Part shown: in pieces, positions 10,162-19,603 of the stretch
How positions within the stretch are numbered: position 1 is the stretch's first letter
Layout of the letters: each line of letters opens with the position of its first letter
Assembly: GCA_964371245.1 (NCBI GenBank)
Contig: CAYJKP010000001.1
Coordinates: 379,042 to 443,041 of the forward strand
Length of the DNA stretch: 64,000 bases
Direction: 5' to 3'
Source: an uncultured Gammaproteobacteria bacterium
GTDB lineage: Bacteria; Patescibacteriota; Patescibacteriia; JAHIZJ01
Position numbers and translations under genes: made by a program
Notes under the pieces: model-generated
Told to the model about the DNA's origin: nothing
Database searches by the model: none
What the model saw: only the letters and a program-made list of their open reading frames with translations

Positions 10162-10850
10162 AAAAGACGCTGGTCATTTCGTTAGGCGGTTCAATCATCG
10201 CGCCCAAGCCAGGCTTTATTGATATCGCTTTTATTCGAAAGTTTCGCCGGTTAGTACTCGGGTATATTCAGAGAGAGAGGCGCCAAGTCATCATCGTCAC
10301 GGGCGGCGGCAAGCTCAATAAGGAATACAATCGGGCGGTGAAAGAAATCGTCCGCCCGCAGCCGATCGATCTGGATCGACTTGGCATCGCGGCAACCAGA
10401 TTTCACGCCGAGTTTCTCCGGGTGATTTTTGGGAAACAGGCGTATCAAGAAGTGCTTCTTAATCCGACCAAACGAATCCATACGAATCGGCCGGTTATTT
10501 GTGCGGCGGGCTGGAAGCCGGGCTGCTCAACGGACAAAGACGCGGTGCTGCTGGCAAAAACCTATCGCAGCCGCTCCGTATTAAATCTGACGAACATCGA
10601 TTTTGTGTATACGAAAGACCCGACGCGGTTTGCGAAGGCGAAGAAAATTACCGACACAACCTGGTCAGTCTATAGAAATATTATTCCGAAAAAATGGTCG
10701 CCGCGGCTCAGCACGCCCTTTGATCCGGTGGCCTCCCGGCTGGCCCAGCAGGAGCGATTAACCGTGGTGATAATAAACGGCCGGAAAATACAGGAAATTA
10801 GCCGGTTTATGACCAATCGAACATTCCAGGGAACAATAATACATCCCTAA
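10158..10850 (+). CDS. amino-acid-kinase fold protein, UMP kinase-like
   Basis: LVISLGGS N-terminus and VTGGG motif in 230 aa. Cannot be distinguished from isopentenyl-phosphate kinase by eye. Confidence 0.55.
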   Translation: MKKTLVISLGGSIIAPKPGFIDIAFIRKFRRLVLGYIQRERRQVIIVTGGGKLNKEYNRAVKEIVRPQPIDLDRLGIAATRFHAEFLRVIFGKQAYQEVLLNPTKRIHTNRPVICAAGWKPGCSTDKDAVLLAKTYRSRSVLNLTNIDFVYTKDPTRFAKAKKITDTTWSVYRNIIPKKWSPRLSTPFDPVASRLAQQERLTVVIINGRKIQEISRFMTNRTFQGTIIHP

Positions 10851-10910
10851 TCCGTCGTTCTGCCTGGAGGTCGGGGATAAATCACAGGATGATATGAATC
10901 CGGCGAGGAT

Positions 10911-10938
10911 TTGACAGACGATATCCTTCTGGTATACT
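10911..10938 (+). promoter_or_regulatory. sigma70-like promoter of the rplJ-rplL operon (TTGACA-16-TATACT)
   Basis: Consensus -35 and good -10, about 140 nt upstream of rplJ. Confidence 0.6.
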
Positions 10939-11076
10939 GTGGATATTACCGCAGACAGAGGGCCCCAGTACCCGAACGTACGTGAGTGGTGCTGGGTTAA
11001 TACACCAGCCTTCCGAGGTATAAATACATTTGTATTTTTTGTCTGCGGCCAGCAGATTTTTTTGTTAACAACCAAT
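10939..11076 (+). promoter_or_regulatory. ribosomal protein L10 leader (autoregulatory 5' UTR with attenuator hairpins plus U-runs at ~11028-11040 and 11042-11063)
   Basis: Structured leader between promoter and rplJ ATG. TCTGCggccaGCAGA followed by TTTTTTT sits immediately before the RBS. Confidence 0.55.
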
Positions 11077-11601
11077 ATGCCAAAAACACGTCAGAAAAAG
11101 GAACAAGACTCGAAACGCCTCGAAGAATTGTTACAAGGCAATAAACTTGCCGTTATTTCGACGTTTGAGGGTGTGAAAGTGAAAGATTCAAACGCCTTTC
11201 GGAAAGATCTCCGTGCCCAGCAGGCCGAGCTTTTGGTGACGAAAAAAACTATTCTGACGCGGGCCCTAAAAAACATACACTACGACGGTTTTGAGCCGGA
11301 AAAAGTGCAGGGGATGATGGGCATTGCCTTCAGTCAGGATGAAGTGACTGCCGCGAAACTGATAAAGACTTTTTCGAAAGATCGTAAGATTGTTTTTGTG
11401 GCTGGTTTTCTCGAGGGGAAATATTTGACCGCCCAGGAAATTGAAGCCTTAGCCGATCTTCCGTCGCGTGACATGCTCCTGGCTCGGACCGTTGGCGCCC
11501 TGAAATCACCGGTCAGCGGGTTTGTCCAGGTGTTACGCGGCACCTTGCAAGGCTTAGTGTACGCACTCAAGGGCATTGCTGATAAGAAGCCGGTTTCCTA
11601 A
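11077..11601 (+). CDS. rplJ: 50S ribosomal protein L10
   Basis: MPKTRQKKEQ...LAVISTFEGVKV; ORF-track N-terminal extension trimmed to the conserved start. Confidence 0.9.
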   Translation: MPKTRQKKEQDSKRLEELLQGNKLAVISTFEGVKVKDSNAFRKDLRAQQAELLVTKKTILTRALKNIHYDGFEPEKVQGMMGIAFSQDEVTAAKLIKTFSKDRKIVFVAGFLEGKYLTAQEIEALADLPSRDMLLARTVGALKSPVSGFVQVLRGTLQGLVYALKGIADKKPVS

Positions 11602-11640
11602 ACTTGTAATTTTGAATTAATAATTCTGAATTAAAACCCT

Positions 11641-12051
11641 ATGTCAGACGAACAAAAGAAAGAAGTCGAGGTTCCTGAAAAATTCAAGGATCTCATCGAA
11701 AAGATCGAGAAGATGAGCGTCCTGGAATTATCAGAACTCGTCAAAATCCTCGAGGATAAATTCGGCGTTTCGGCGGCCGCTCCAATGATGATGGCGGCTG
11801 GTCCAGCGGCTGGCGCGGCCGGTGCTGAGGCAGAAGAAAAGACTGCCTACAATGTTGAATTAACCTCGATCGGCTCAAACAAGATTGCCGTGATTAAGGT
11901 TGTCAAAGAATTGACTGGCGTCGGTTTGCAGGACGCGAAGAAGCTCGTCGAATCCGCTCCAACGATGGTGAAAGAAGACGTGGCCAAGGACCAAGCTGAG
12001 GAAATGAAGAAAAAGCTTGAGGAAGCCGGCGCGAGCGTGACGCTGAAATAA
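11641..12051 (+). CDS. rplL: 50S ribosomal protein L7/L12
   Basis: Ala-rich hinge and C-terminal domain [20 protein letters not shown]. Confidence 0.95.
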   Translation: MSDEQKKEVEVPEKFKDLIEKIEKMSVLELSELVKILEDKFGVSAAAPMMMAAGPAAGAAGAEAEEKTAYNVELTSIGSNKIAVIKVVKELTGVGLQDAKKLVESAPTMVKEDVAKDQAEEMKKKLEEAGASVTLK

Positions 12052-12076
12052 CTCTATACATCGTCCATATAAAAAA

Positions 12077-12107
12077 CCTCCAGCAAGTGCTGGAAGTTTT
12101 TTTATAG
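12077..12107 (+). terminator. intrinsic terminator after rplL
   Basis: CCTCCAGCA-agtg-CTGGAAG followed by TTTTTTTAT. Confidence 0.75.
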
Positions 12108-12196
12108 AATTTCAACTAACGTTTACGTGTATGCAATGTTTCAATATCGTATACACGCCGTTAGCTGATGTACTTGTGCCGTGCGTTTGTACTCGT

Positions 12197-12475
12197 CTAT
12201 TCCTTAACCTCATTCAACCGGTTTTTCACTCTCCTCAAATTGATGGTCATTTGAAGAAAGAACTTGCCTTCAGGGGATAAGCGCGTCTCGTGTTCCCGCA
12301 AGAAGGATTGTATTTCTTCCTCGCTTTGATCGAGGTTGTTAGTGAGCCCGGTGAGTTCCGACAATTCCTTTTGCGGCAGCCTTTCAAGCGCTTCTTGCCA
12401 GGTTCGTTGTGCAACATCAACCTCGAGGAGTGTTTGTTCTCTTTTGGAGAGCTGAGGCGCGCGTTCTCTATTCAT
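12197..12475 (-). CDS. hypothetical small helical protein
   Basis: 92-aa charged, coiled-coil-like ORF directly downstream of the 772-aa gene. Confidence 0.4.
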   Translation of the reverse strand: MNRERAPQLSKREQTLLEVDVAQRTWQEALERLPQKELSELTGLTNNLDQSEEEIQSFLREHETRLSPEGKFFLQMTINLRRVKNRLNEVKE

Positions 12476-12614
12476 GGTTATTAGAGTTTTTACGAATAAA
12501 TTAGAAATGGTACAAAAATTTCACCTAACGTTTGCGAATCATGTGCTTGTCCCGACGCATCGAAGCGCGGGTCAAGATGGCAGATAGACGCTATTGTGCG
12601 AAATATAAAATTGG

Positions 12615-14933
12615 CTATTCCGTTAAGTCAATCTGAAAGACGATCGTGCCGTTCAAGAGGTATGCTTTCTTATCTTTCGGCACAATCACCATATCCTTCA
12701 GTTGGTCAAATGTATCGGCGGTATATTGGTTTTTTAAACGGCCTTGTTTCGTGTATGAAATCAAGCGCTTGTTCACGGGGTCGAGGATGTAGAAATACCC
12801 GGTATTTTCATCTGTCCACACCTTGGCAGGGCTGGTGAGCGCCGGCTCAATCGTTTGGAGTTTAAAAGTCGCATCGAGATTTCCCTGGAAGAACTTCGAC
12901 AAATCGCCCGTTGATCGAGTAATGTAGACCGAGCCGTCAACGACGATGGACGTACCGTCTGTGACCGAAACGTCTTTTCCGTTCAGCCAGCCTTTGCCGG
13001 CGCCGTATCCTTTTCCGGCCTTGGTATACCGGAAGATCTGATCGTTTTTTGTATCGAGAAAATATAACCGATCGCCATAGACAGCCATGCCAACAAGTTG
13101 GCGGTCCTGGTTTTCGTATTGGATCGGCGCGGCCGTGAAGGTGTTGGTATTCGAATCAAATTGTATCAATGAATCGTCGGCCAGGGCGACCAGGCCATAC
13201 CGAGCGGTTACACCGGTGGCCAGGTGGGCGAGCTTATCTGACGCGTCTTTGTATGTCAGGATGGCGGTTTCATTTGTATCAATGTTTGTTTTGTACACGA
13301 GGGTTTCCGTGGTTGAGAAGACGGTCAGGTCCTTGCCAAATAGCCCAACGAAACCACCGGCCGTGGCATTTGTTTGATCAGCCGCGAGGTCAGTCAGGCG
13401 TTTCGGATCAGCGATCGTGGTGATATGCTTCGTTTTCTCGTTCAATGCGTTGATTTTCGTCTCGAGCCCAGCGATTTCACTCTTATATTGTTTGGCGCGT
13501 AGTTTTTGAGGGATAGACGCGATCAGGTCTTGGGCTTGCTTCAGGAGATCGCGCGCAGAATCATCGTTTCCATAAAGCAGGGCGGCATCGGCTTCTTCCT
13601 GTTTCTTATTGGCGTCAGTAAGGGCTTGCTGGTAGGTGGCTTGCTGTTTTTTCTGGTCGTCACGCTGACTGAGATAGATGACGCTTTGGGCAAAGATGAA
13701 AATGAAGAGAACCGCCACCACGAGGACAATCTTCCGTTGTTTTGTTAAACGCTGAAACAGGATAATGCGTTTTGAGGCCGCGGTCGTGGCGTTGGCCGGA
13801 AAATGCTCTAACCGTTGCTTGAGATTTTTACGGCCGCTAATCGCGTTTATTAACCAGCCAAACATCCGTCCGAGGCCGCGGAAAAGAAACTGAAGACCAG
13901 TGAATATCCGGCCAAGAACAAAAACGGTGCGCGACGGATAGCGGCTGCTTCGAGGCGGTTTCCAGCGATCGCGGACCGGCGCGTAATATTGCGTCGTTTG
14001 ATGGGACGCCGTCTGATCGCCTCGTTGCTTCGATCGGAAAATATTTTTCAGCCAGGGCTGGAGGCGAGAAAAAAACGACTGAATATTTTTTTGGGCAATC
14101 GTCCAAATTGAAGGCGAGAGCAGCTCGTTCGTCTGGTGTTCGCGGTCGATCAACGTATTCATCGATGCCTGTGACAACGCGCCCCCGACAATCGGCTGGG
14201 CGGCGTGGCTTTCGGTCATCACCCCGACTGTTTCCGGCACGAGACGGATCAGGAGCGCCCCAAAACCATGGGCACCGGCATTCGGGGCCAGTAGATTCTC
14301 GAGGCTCAAGACGGCTTGCTGGGTCGAGGTTGACTGGATGACGGCGCGGATCCGTTCGAGCGACAGGTAGTCAAGAATGCTCGGCGTACAGATAATCAGG
14401 GAATCGTTTTCATAGAGCTGCCCTGAAATGGTTTGCGAAAATATTTTCAGGGGGTTAATGCGGCCATCCACGCCCTTGGCCGCTTCGAGAATATTGACAA
14501 TCCGCTGGCGGTGGACCAGAAAGGCGTGCAAATTGCCGACTTGGGTAAAAAATAAATCCGAGCCTTTGAGGACGCCAATAACGGCGTTGAAATCATCAAG
14601 CCATTCGGTTGAAGAATGTTCTAGGTAACCACTGAGCAGCTCGTTGAGTTTTTTCAGCATTGACTCAAAAGCCAGCTCAATATTAGACTCGAGCTGCTGG
14701 TAGTAGATTGAACGCCCCTCGGTTTCAAGTGATTCGACAATTTTTTTTACCTGTTCATCACCGGGCGAAACTCGAACCACCATAAATAACTGGCCGAGTG
14801 ATTGTAATTCTTGAGGGGTTGGGCGGGAGATAAGTAAAGAAATAATTTCCCGCTCAGATCGTGGATCATGCAGAAGGAATGGGCTAAATTCAATTTTTGT
14901 CGTTGGCATATGAAAATTGAAAGCTCTCAACAT
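12615..14933 (-). CDS. hypothetical bitopic membrane protein: N-terminal cytoplasmic domain, 1 TM, coiled coil, C-terminal beta-propeller-like region
   Basis: 772-aa ORF with a TM segment near residue 390. The second half has repetitive YF.D/Y.T.KG-type strands. Confidence 0.6.
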   Translation of the reverse strand: MLRAFNFHMPTTKIEFSPFLLHDPRSEREIISLLISRPTPQELQSLGQLFMVVRVSPGDEQVKKIVESLETEGRSIYYQQLESNIELAFESMLKKLNELLSGYLEHSSTEWLDDFNAVIGVLKGSDLFFTQVGNLHAFLVHRQRIVNILEAAKGVDGRINPLKIFSQTISGQLYENDSLIICTPSILDYLSLERIRAVIQSTSTQQAVLSLENLLAPNAGAHGFGALLIRLVPETVGVMTESHAAQPIVGGALSQASMNTLIDREHQTNELLSPSIWTIAQKNIQSFFSRLQPWLKNIFRSKQRGDQTASHQTTQYYAPVRDRWKPPRSSRYPSRTVFVLGRIFTGLQFLFRGLGRMFGWLINAISGRKNLKQRLEHFPANATTAASKRIILFQRLTKQRKIVLVVAVLFIFIFAQSVIYLSQRDDQKKQQATYQQALTDANKKQEEADAALLYGNDDSARDLLKQAQDLIASIPQKLRAKQYKSEIAGLETKINALNEKTKHITTIADPKRLTDLAADQTNATAGGFVGLFGKDLTVFSTTETLVYKTNIDTNETAILTYKDASDKLAHLATGVTARYGLVALADDSLIQFDSNTNTFTAAPIQYENQDRQLVGMAVYGDRLYFLDTKNDQIFRYTKAGKGYGAGKGWLNGKDVSVTDGTSIVVDGSVYITRSTGDLSKFFQGNLDATFKLQTIEPALTSPAKVWTDENTGYFYILDPVNKRLISYTKQGRLKNQYTADTFDQLKDMVIVPKDKKAYLLNGTIVFQIDLTE

Positions 14934-15050
14934 CTATATTTATACAATATATCGCCCTAAAACGCAAGTCGCAACCAACTCCTTTACACTAGCGTCGGCG
15001 GCGTTTATAATACTGATAGAGGAGCATTATTTCTAAAAAAAGGATCTGGC

Positions 15051-15623
15051 ATGCTTGAACAATTATTTGGTTCAGCTACACGAGTGAAACTGCTGCGTCT
15101 TTTTTATGCTAATCCAGAGCAATCATATTTCGTACGGGAGCTGACTCGGAAAATACGACAGCGGATCAACGGCGTCCGGCAAGAATTAAAGAATTTAGAA
15201 AATATTGGGATCGTCGAACAAGTCGATAGAAACAATAAAAAATATTATACTCTCCGAAAAGATTTTCCGTTGTTCCACGAACTCAAACTCCTCATGATCA
15301 AAGCGCAAATACTTTTGGAGAACGATTTTGCTCGGGCGGTCAAGGATATCGGCCAAGTAAAGTATCTTGCCTTAACCGGGCAGTTTATCGGTCGTAAGGA
15401 TATCGCCACCGACCTCCTCTTAATCGGAAAGGTTAATCGCGTTAAGTTCAATCGCTTGTTGAAAAAATTTCAAGAGTATTTTGACCACGACATAAACTAT
15501 ACCTTGATGACCATGAAGGAATACGAATATCGGCGCCAGTTAACCGATCGTTTTCTCTTTAACGTTTTGGAAAACAAAAAAATAATCGTGGTCGATCATT
15601 TACCAAAGCCGAAATCAAATTGA
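15051..15623 (+). CDS. winged-helix (ArsR/MarR-like) transcriptional regulator
   Basis: N-terminal TRVKLLRLFYANPEQSYFVRELTRKI HTH region. Confidence 0.55.
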   Translation: MLEQLFGSATRVKLLRLFYANPEQSYFVRELTRKIRQRINGVRQELKNLENIGIVEQVDRNNKKYYTLRKDFPLFHELKLLMIKAQILLENDFARAVKDIGQVKYLALTGQFIGRKDIATDLLLIGKVNRVKFNRLLKKFQEYFDHDINYTLMTMKEYEYRRQLTDRFLFNVLENKKIIVVDHLPKPKSN

Positions 15624-15626
15624 TTT

Positions 15627-16805
15627 ATGGAACGTTTCGTTTCCTATCATAATCGACGCGGCCAGAAGCTGGTTGGCGTGTTTCATCAACCAGACAATTA
15701 TAAAACTCGGGCCGCCGTGTTGGTTTGCCACGGTTTTAACGATCGAAAAGAAAGAGATTACCTAAAGAATATTTGTGTCGAGGCTTCGCGACGCGGACTG
15801 GCCGCACTGCGCTTTGATTTTAGTGGACAGGGCAAATCGGATGGTCAATTCGATCAGATTACCTACACGCGTTATCTCCAAGACGTCTCGGCAAGTCTGG
15901 ACTTCTTGTCACGACAGGGGATAACACGCGTTGGTATCGTTGGACATAGCATGGGCGGGGCGCTGGCCGCCCTCACGGCGCGTCGAGATCGTCGCGTTGC
16001 CGCCTTAGTCGGCCTCGCACCAGTCGCCCGGATATATGAAACGCACACGCGTCGCTGGCGCGATCAATATAAGGCGGGTCAGGCGAAATATTTGTTTCTA
16101 CGCGATATCCGTAATCCAAAACTGATAATCAAAATCGGCCTGGGATTTTTACGCGACGCGAAGCGTCACGATCTGATCCGGGAAGCCCGACAGATTACTC
16201 AGCCCACATTATTAATTATCGGTAATAAAGATACGCGAGTTTTTAGCAAAGAAGTCCAAGCCTTATATCGGAAACTGGGTAGCGTTCAGAAGAAGTTTCT
16301 CCGGCTCGACGAGTGCGATCACGTATTCTCCGGACACGAGAAAGAGATTGCGTCATTAACGGTCGACTGGTTCGTTCGCTACTTATTCACGCGGTTATAT
16401 ATTGACACGTCCGAAATGAACGTTATTCGTTTAGCGTTGCTAAAAAATGGACGGATCATAACCTTTACGAAAAAAATAGCCTTTGATCAACGCGACACGC
16501 TTCTCAGGTTGATCTCAGGGTTTATCGCTAAACATAAAATAGGCGCACATCAGCTCGATGCGATAGTAGTGAATCGCGGGCCCGGACCATTTACCGCCCT
16601 GCGAGTAGGCATTACAGTTGCGAATACGCTTGGGCTTGCCGGTAACTTTCCAGTAATTGGAATTCGCACAGAAAAGGCGACACAGCAAACGGCCGAGATC
16701 GAAGCCATGCTTTTTTCCGAGCCGACGACGAATGATTTTGTTCGTCCCTGGTACGACAAGAAGCCAAATATAACAAAACCGAAACCGCGGCTGAAGCATT
16801 CATAG
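15627..16805 (+). CDS. tsaB: alpha/beta-hydrolase fused in frame to tRNA t6A-complex protein TsaB (YeaZ-like)
   Basis: Residues 1-~260 carry HGFNDRKE, the GHSMGG nucleophile elbow and a CDH triad. Residues ~264-392 start MNVIRLALL and carry TsaB/Kae1-inactive-paralog motifs. An internal in-frame ATG at 16416 could also start a separate TsaB. Confidence 0.7.
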   Translation: MERFVSYHNRRGQKLVGVFHQPDNYKTRAAVLVCHGFNDRKERDYLKNICVEASRRGLAALRFDFSGQGKSDGQFDQITYTRYLQDVSASLDFLSRQGITRVGIVGHSMGGALAALTARRDRRVAALVGLAPVARIYETHTRRWRDQYKAGQAKYLFLRDIRNPKLIIKIGLGFLRDAKRHDLIREARQITQPTLLIIGNKDTRVFSKEVQALYRKLGSVQKKFLRLDECDHVFSGHEKEIASLTVDWFVRYLFTRLYIDTSEMNVIRLALLKNGRIITFTKKIAFDQRDTLLRLISGFIAKHKIGAHQLDAIVVNRGPGPFTALRVGITVANTLGLAGNFPVIGIRTEKATQQTAEIEAMLFSEPTTNDFVRPWYDKKPNITKPKPRLKHS

Positions 16806-16837
16806 TCGGTTGGTAAAACGGAAAATAGAAAACCCGC

Positions 16838-16866
16838 TTGCCATAAGTTGCAAATAATTTTATAAT
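16838..16866 (+). promoter_or_regulatory. sigma70-like promoter (TTGCCA-17-TATAAT) for hpf
   Basis: Consensus -10 with 17-nt spacing, 25 nt upstream of the RBS. Confidence 0.6.
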
Positions 16867-16891
16867 TATCACCGAAAACAGAGAAACAACC

Positions 16892-17236
16892 ATGCGCGTT
16901 ATTATTTCTGGAAAAAATTTCTCGCTTACTCCCTCACTCAAAGAGTACACTGAGAAAAAAGTATTGAAGCTGATGAAGTTTTCGCCGTCAATTGAACAGG
17001 CGAGAATCGAACTTGATGTCGATCATAATCAGCGTTCCGGGAACATCAATCGCGTAGAAATTTGGCTATTATTACAAAAAAAGACGCTCCAAATCGGAAT
17101 AAAAGCAAACGATATGCGCGCGGCGATCGATCAAGCGATCGACAAACTGGAAATACAACTTGTGCGTTTGAAAGAAAAACGGCAAGCAAAAATCCGACGC
17201 GCGCCGCGCCTGACCGACGTTTTGCGGCGTGACTAA
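16892..17236 (+). CDS. hpf: ribosome hibernation promoting factor / RaiA (YfiA family)
   Basis: MRVIISGKNFSLTPSLKEY...IDQAIDKLEIQL S30AE-family signature. Confidence 0.85.
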   Translation: MRVIISGKNFSLTPSLKEYTEKKVLKLMKFSPSIEQARIELDVDHNQRSGNINRVEIWLLLQKKTLQIGIKANDMRAAIDQAIDKLEIQLVRLKEKRQAKIRRAPRLTDVLRRD

Positions 17237-17338
17237 CTTATCCACATATTCACTGTCTAATGCGCAACGGAAGGAACCTCCGATCCCTCAGCCGTTGCCA
17301 GACAAGGAGTCATCACCATCAATCAAGTCAAACCGGCG

Positions 17339-18841
17339 GTGAACGGTAGCAAGGCTTCTGAGAGAACAATCAAACCAGACCGGATCGAAAAACCGCCCGA
17401 GGTTATCCAACCTCAAACGAAGAATGGCAACGGCCTCATTGAGCTTGAGCAGCCGATGAATCTTCAATTGCTTAAGCGCCATAAAAAGTTTTGGCGGCTG
17501 GGCTCGAAAGATTACCATTCCGAATATTTTGATATCAACCGGGAAGGAAATTTGATCGTCAAAGAGGGCAACTATCAGTATCACATTAAAGATATTGTTC
17601 AAAAATTCGGGACCTCTTTGCAAATCCTTTTCCCGTTTATTATCAAAGACCGACTCGAAAACGTAATTGATCTCTTCAACCTCCTGATCAAGTATTACCG
17701 CTACCGGGGCAAGTTCTTCTACCATTTTCCCATGAAGGTGAATCAGAACAAGGAAGTTCTGCTCTCCATGGTGTCCGAGGGCGCGAATCTCGAAACGGCG
17801 TCGTATAACGAATTATGGTTGGTGAAAAAATTATGGGAGCAGAACAGCTTTCTGCCGAGCATCCGCGTGATCTGCAATGGACCAAAAACAGAGGATTACC
17901 TGAATTTGATCGAAGAACTTCAGGGCAAGAATCTGAACATTATTCCGGTCATTGAAGACATGAGTGAGCTCAATTTTTTTAGCAAGTACAAAGGTGATAT
18001 CGGCGTACGGGTTGATCTCGACGTCTCGGTCAGCTCGCACTGGGACAAGAAGATTGACCGCTACGGCCTACTGGCCGATGAGCTTATCAAGCTCGGAAAA
18101 ATCCGTAATTTAAAAATGCTCCATTATCACATTGGTTCGCAGATAGAATTACAGGAAGACATGATCGCCCCGGTGAAAAAGTGCATGAAACTGTTTGTCG
18201 AAATGAAAAAAAAGAATCCGTCGCTCGATACGCTGGATATCGGCGGCGGGATGCCGATACCGTATGACTTGAAGAAGAGGTTTGGTTTTGAGGGTGTGGC
18301 TCGGCGGATGATCAGATTGCTGCAATCGATGGCCGATAAAGCAGAAATTCCACACCCGAACATCGTCTGCGAATGGGGACGCTATGTGGTCGCGCCCGCT
18401 CAAATCACGATTTTCCGGGTGATGGGTGAAAAAGACATCCCGCGCGGTAATGCTCGCAAATGGCAAATCGTCGACGGCAGCTTTATGAACGATTTACCCG
18501 ATACGTGGACGCTGCATCAAAAATGGCACGTCGTGCCGGTTAATCACTTAAATTTTTCGAAACGGCACCTCGTGCGAGCCTGGCTGGCTGGCTCGAGTTG
18601 CGACTCGGACGACAAATACATTGCTCACGGCAACTACGTACTGCTGCCGGATCTCGAATATTTAGACGAGGGCGATACGCAATACATTGCTTTTCTTTGC
18701 ACCGGCGCCTATCAGGATTCGCTTTCCTGCAACCATTGCCTGCTGTCTTCACCAGCAAAAATCGTCGCTCGAAACGGCGAGTTGAAAATTAATATCCGGC
18801 GGCAGACGCCCGAAGACATTTCAAAACTTTTTGGCTGGTAA
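17339..18841 (+). CDS. PLP-dependent Orn/DAP/Arg decarboxylase family-2 enzyme (arginine decarboxylase-like)
   Basis: HYHIGSQ motif, a CxGxYxD-type C-terminal region and TIM-barrel N-terminus. Start is possibly the Met at 17456. Confidence 0.6.
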   Translation: MNGSKASERTIKPDRIEKPPEVIQPQTKNGNGLIELEQPMNLQLLKRHKKFWRLGSKDYHSEYFDINREGNLIVKEGNYQYHIKDIVQKFGTSLQILFPFIIKDRLENVIDLFNLLIKYYRYRGKFFYHFPMKVNQNKEVLLSMVSEGANLETASYNELWLVKKLWEQNSFLPSIRVICNGPKTEDYLNLIEELQGKNLNIIPVIEDMSELNFFSKYKGDIGVRVDLDVSVSSHWDKKIDRYGLLADELIKLGKIRNLKMLHYHIGSQIELQEDMIAPVKKCMKLFVEMKKKNPSLDTLDIGGGMPIPYDLKKRFGFEGVARRMIRLLQSMADKAEIPHPNIVCEWGRYVVAPAQITIFRVMGEKDIPRGNARKWQIVDGSFMNDLPDTWTLHQKWHVVPVNHLNFSKRHLVRAWLAGSSCDSDDKYIAHGNYVLLPDLEYLDEGDTQYIAFLCTGAYQDSLSCNHCLLSSPAKIVARNGELKINIRRQTPEDISKLFGW

Positions 18842-19063
18842 TAAATACATGGTACGCTGCTCGTATTCGAAAGAAGGGGAGGGAAGCCGAGCCTTTGTTC
18901 GCATCAGCCCGAACCGGCTGAGTCGCTCAATCTGGAAAAGCTGCCTGATGCCGACGAACTTAGTCCGATTCCGAGTTTGAAGCGCCGAATTTTCTAGCGG
19001 CCAAACTCGCGTATCAATTAGCGATCAACATCCTTCGACAAAATAATCAATAAGAACAATCAC
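18842..19063 (+). promoter_or_regulatory. long structured intergenic leader; candidate riboswitch (weak TPP-like CUGAG/AUCUGGA elements)
   Basis: 220-nt untranslated region with several hairpins before a small substrate-capture-like membrane protein. Confidence 0.25.
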
Positions 19064-19603
19064 ATGTCTATAACCCAAGCACTTACACATCCAACAATTC
19101 GACTGACACCACTTCGTTGGGCGTTATTCAGCGCTACCTTTTCGGCGTTGGCCATTGTTACGCCGGTTATTGCCCATCAATTTCATCTGGCCGGGCCAAC
19201 ATTTTTACCGATGCACCTTTTTGTTTTTGTGGCCGCACTCCTTTTTGGTTGGCGGGTCGGGCTCACCGTCGGCGTACTATCACCGCTGCTCAGCCATGCG
19301 ATTACCGGCTTGCCCATCGCCAGTCTTTTGCCACTCGTGACGGCTGAGCTTATTGTCTATGGTGTAGTTGCCGGGTGGCTGAAGGAAAAAATGAACATGC
19401 CTGTCTGGCTTGCCTTGCTCGCCGCGATGGTGGCTGGTCGGCTCGCTCTCTTGCCAATGGCTGCAATCGTCGGTCCAATGACGCCAGTCGCCTATGTCGC
19501 TCAGGTAATTCGGATTGGCTGGCCGGGTATCGTCATCCAGATCGCCCTGATTCCTTGGATGATCTCGTTACTCCGGCCTTACCTACAGAGGAATCTGGAA
19601 TGA
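19064..19603 (+). CDS. small 5-6 TM membrane protein, possibly an ECF-transporter S-component-like substrate-capture protein
   Basis: 179-aa hydrophobic protein with Gly/Pro-rich TM helices. Confidence 0.5.
   Translation: MSITQALTHPTIRLTPLRWALFSATFSALAIVTPVIAHQFHLAGPTFLPMHLFVFVAALLFGWRVGLTVGVLSPLLSHAITGLPIASLLPLVTAELIVYGVVAGWLKEKMNMPVWLALLAAMVAGRLALLPMAAIVGPMTPVAYVAQVIRIGWPGIVIQIALIPWMISLLRPYLQRNLE

Noticed and set aside
10939-11076. N-terminal 46-aa extension of the rplJ ORF given in the ORF track
   Set aside because: The extension covers the structured L10 leader and attenuator hairpins. The conserved L10 N-terminus MPKTRQKK begins at 11077.
18842-19063. Definitive TPP riboswitch call
   Set aside because: Only short partial matches to the TPP aptamer core (CUGAG, AUCUGGA). 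The GGGGUGC-type P1/P2 and UAAUGCC pyrimidine-sensor elements are not convincingly present, so it is kept only as a candidate leader.
19375-19599. N-terminal extension of the 19375..20022 ORF
   Set aside because: It overlaps the 3' end of the upstream membrane-protein gene in a different frame. The conserved-looking protein starts at the ATG at 19600 that overlaps the upstream stop.
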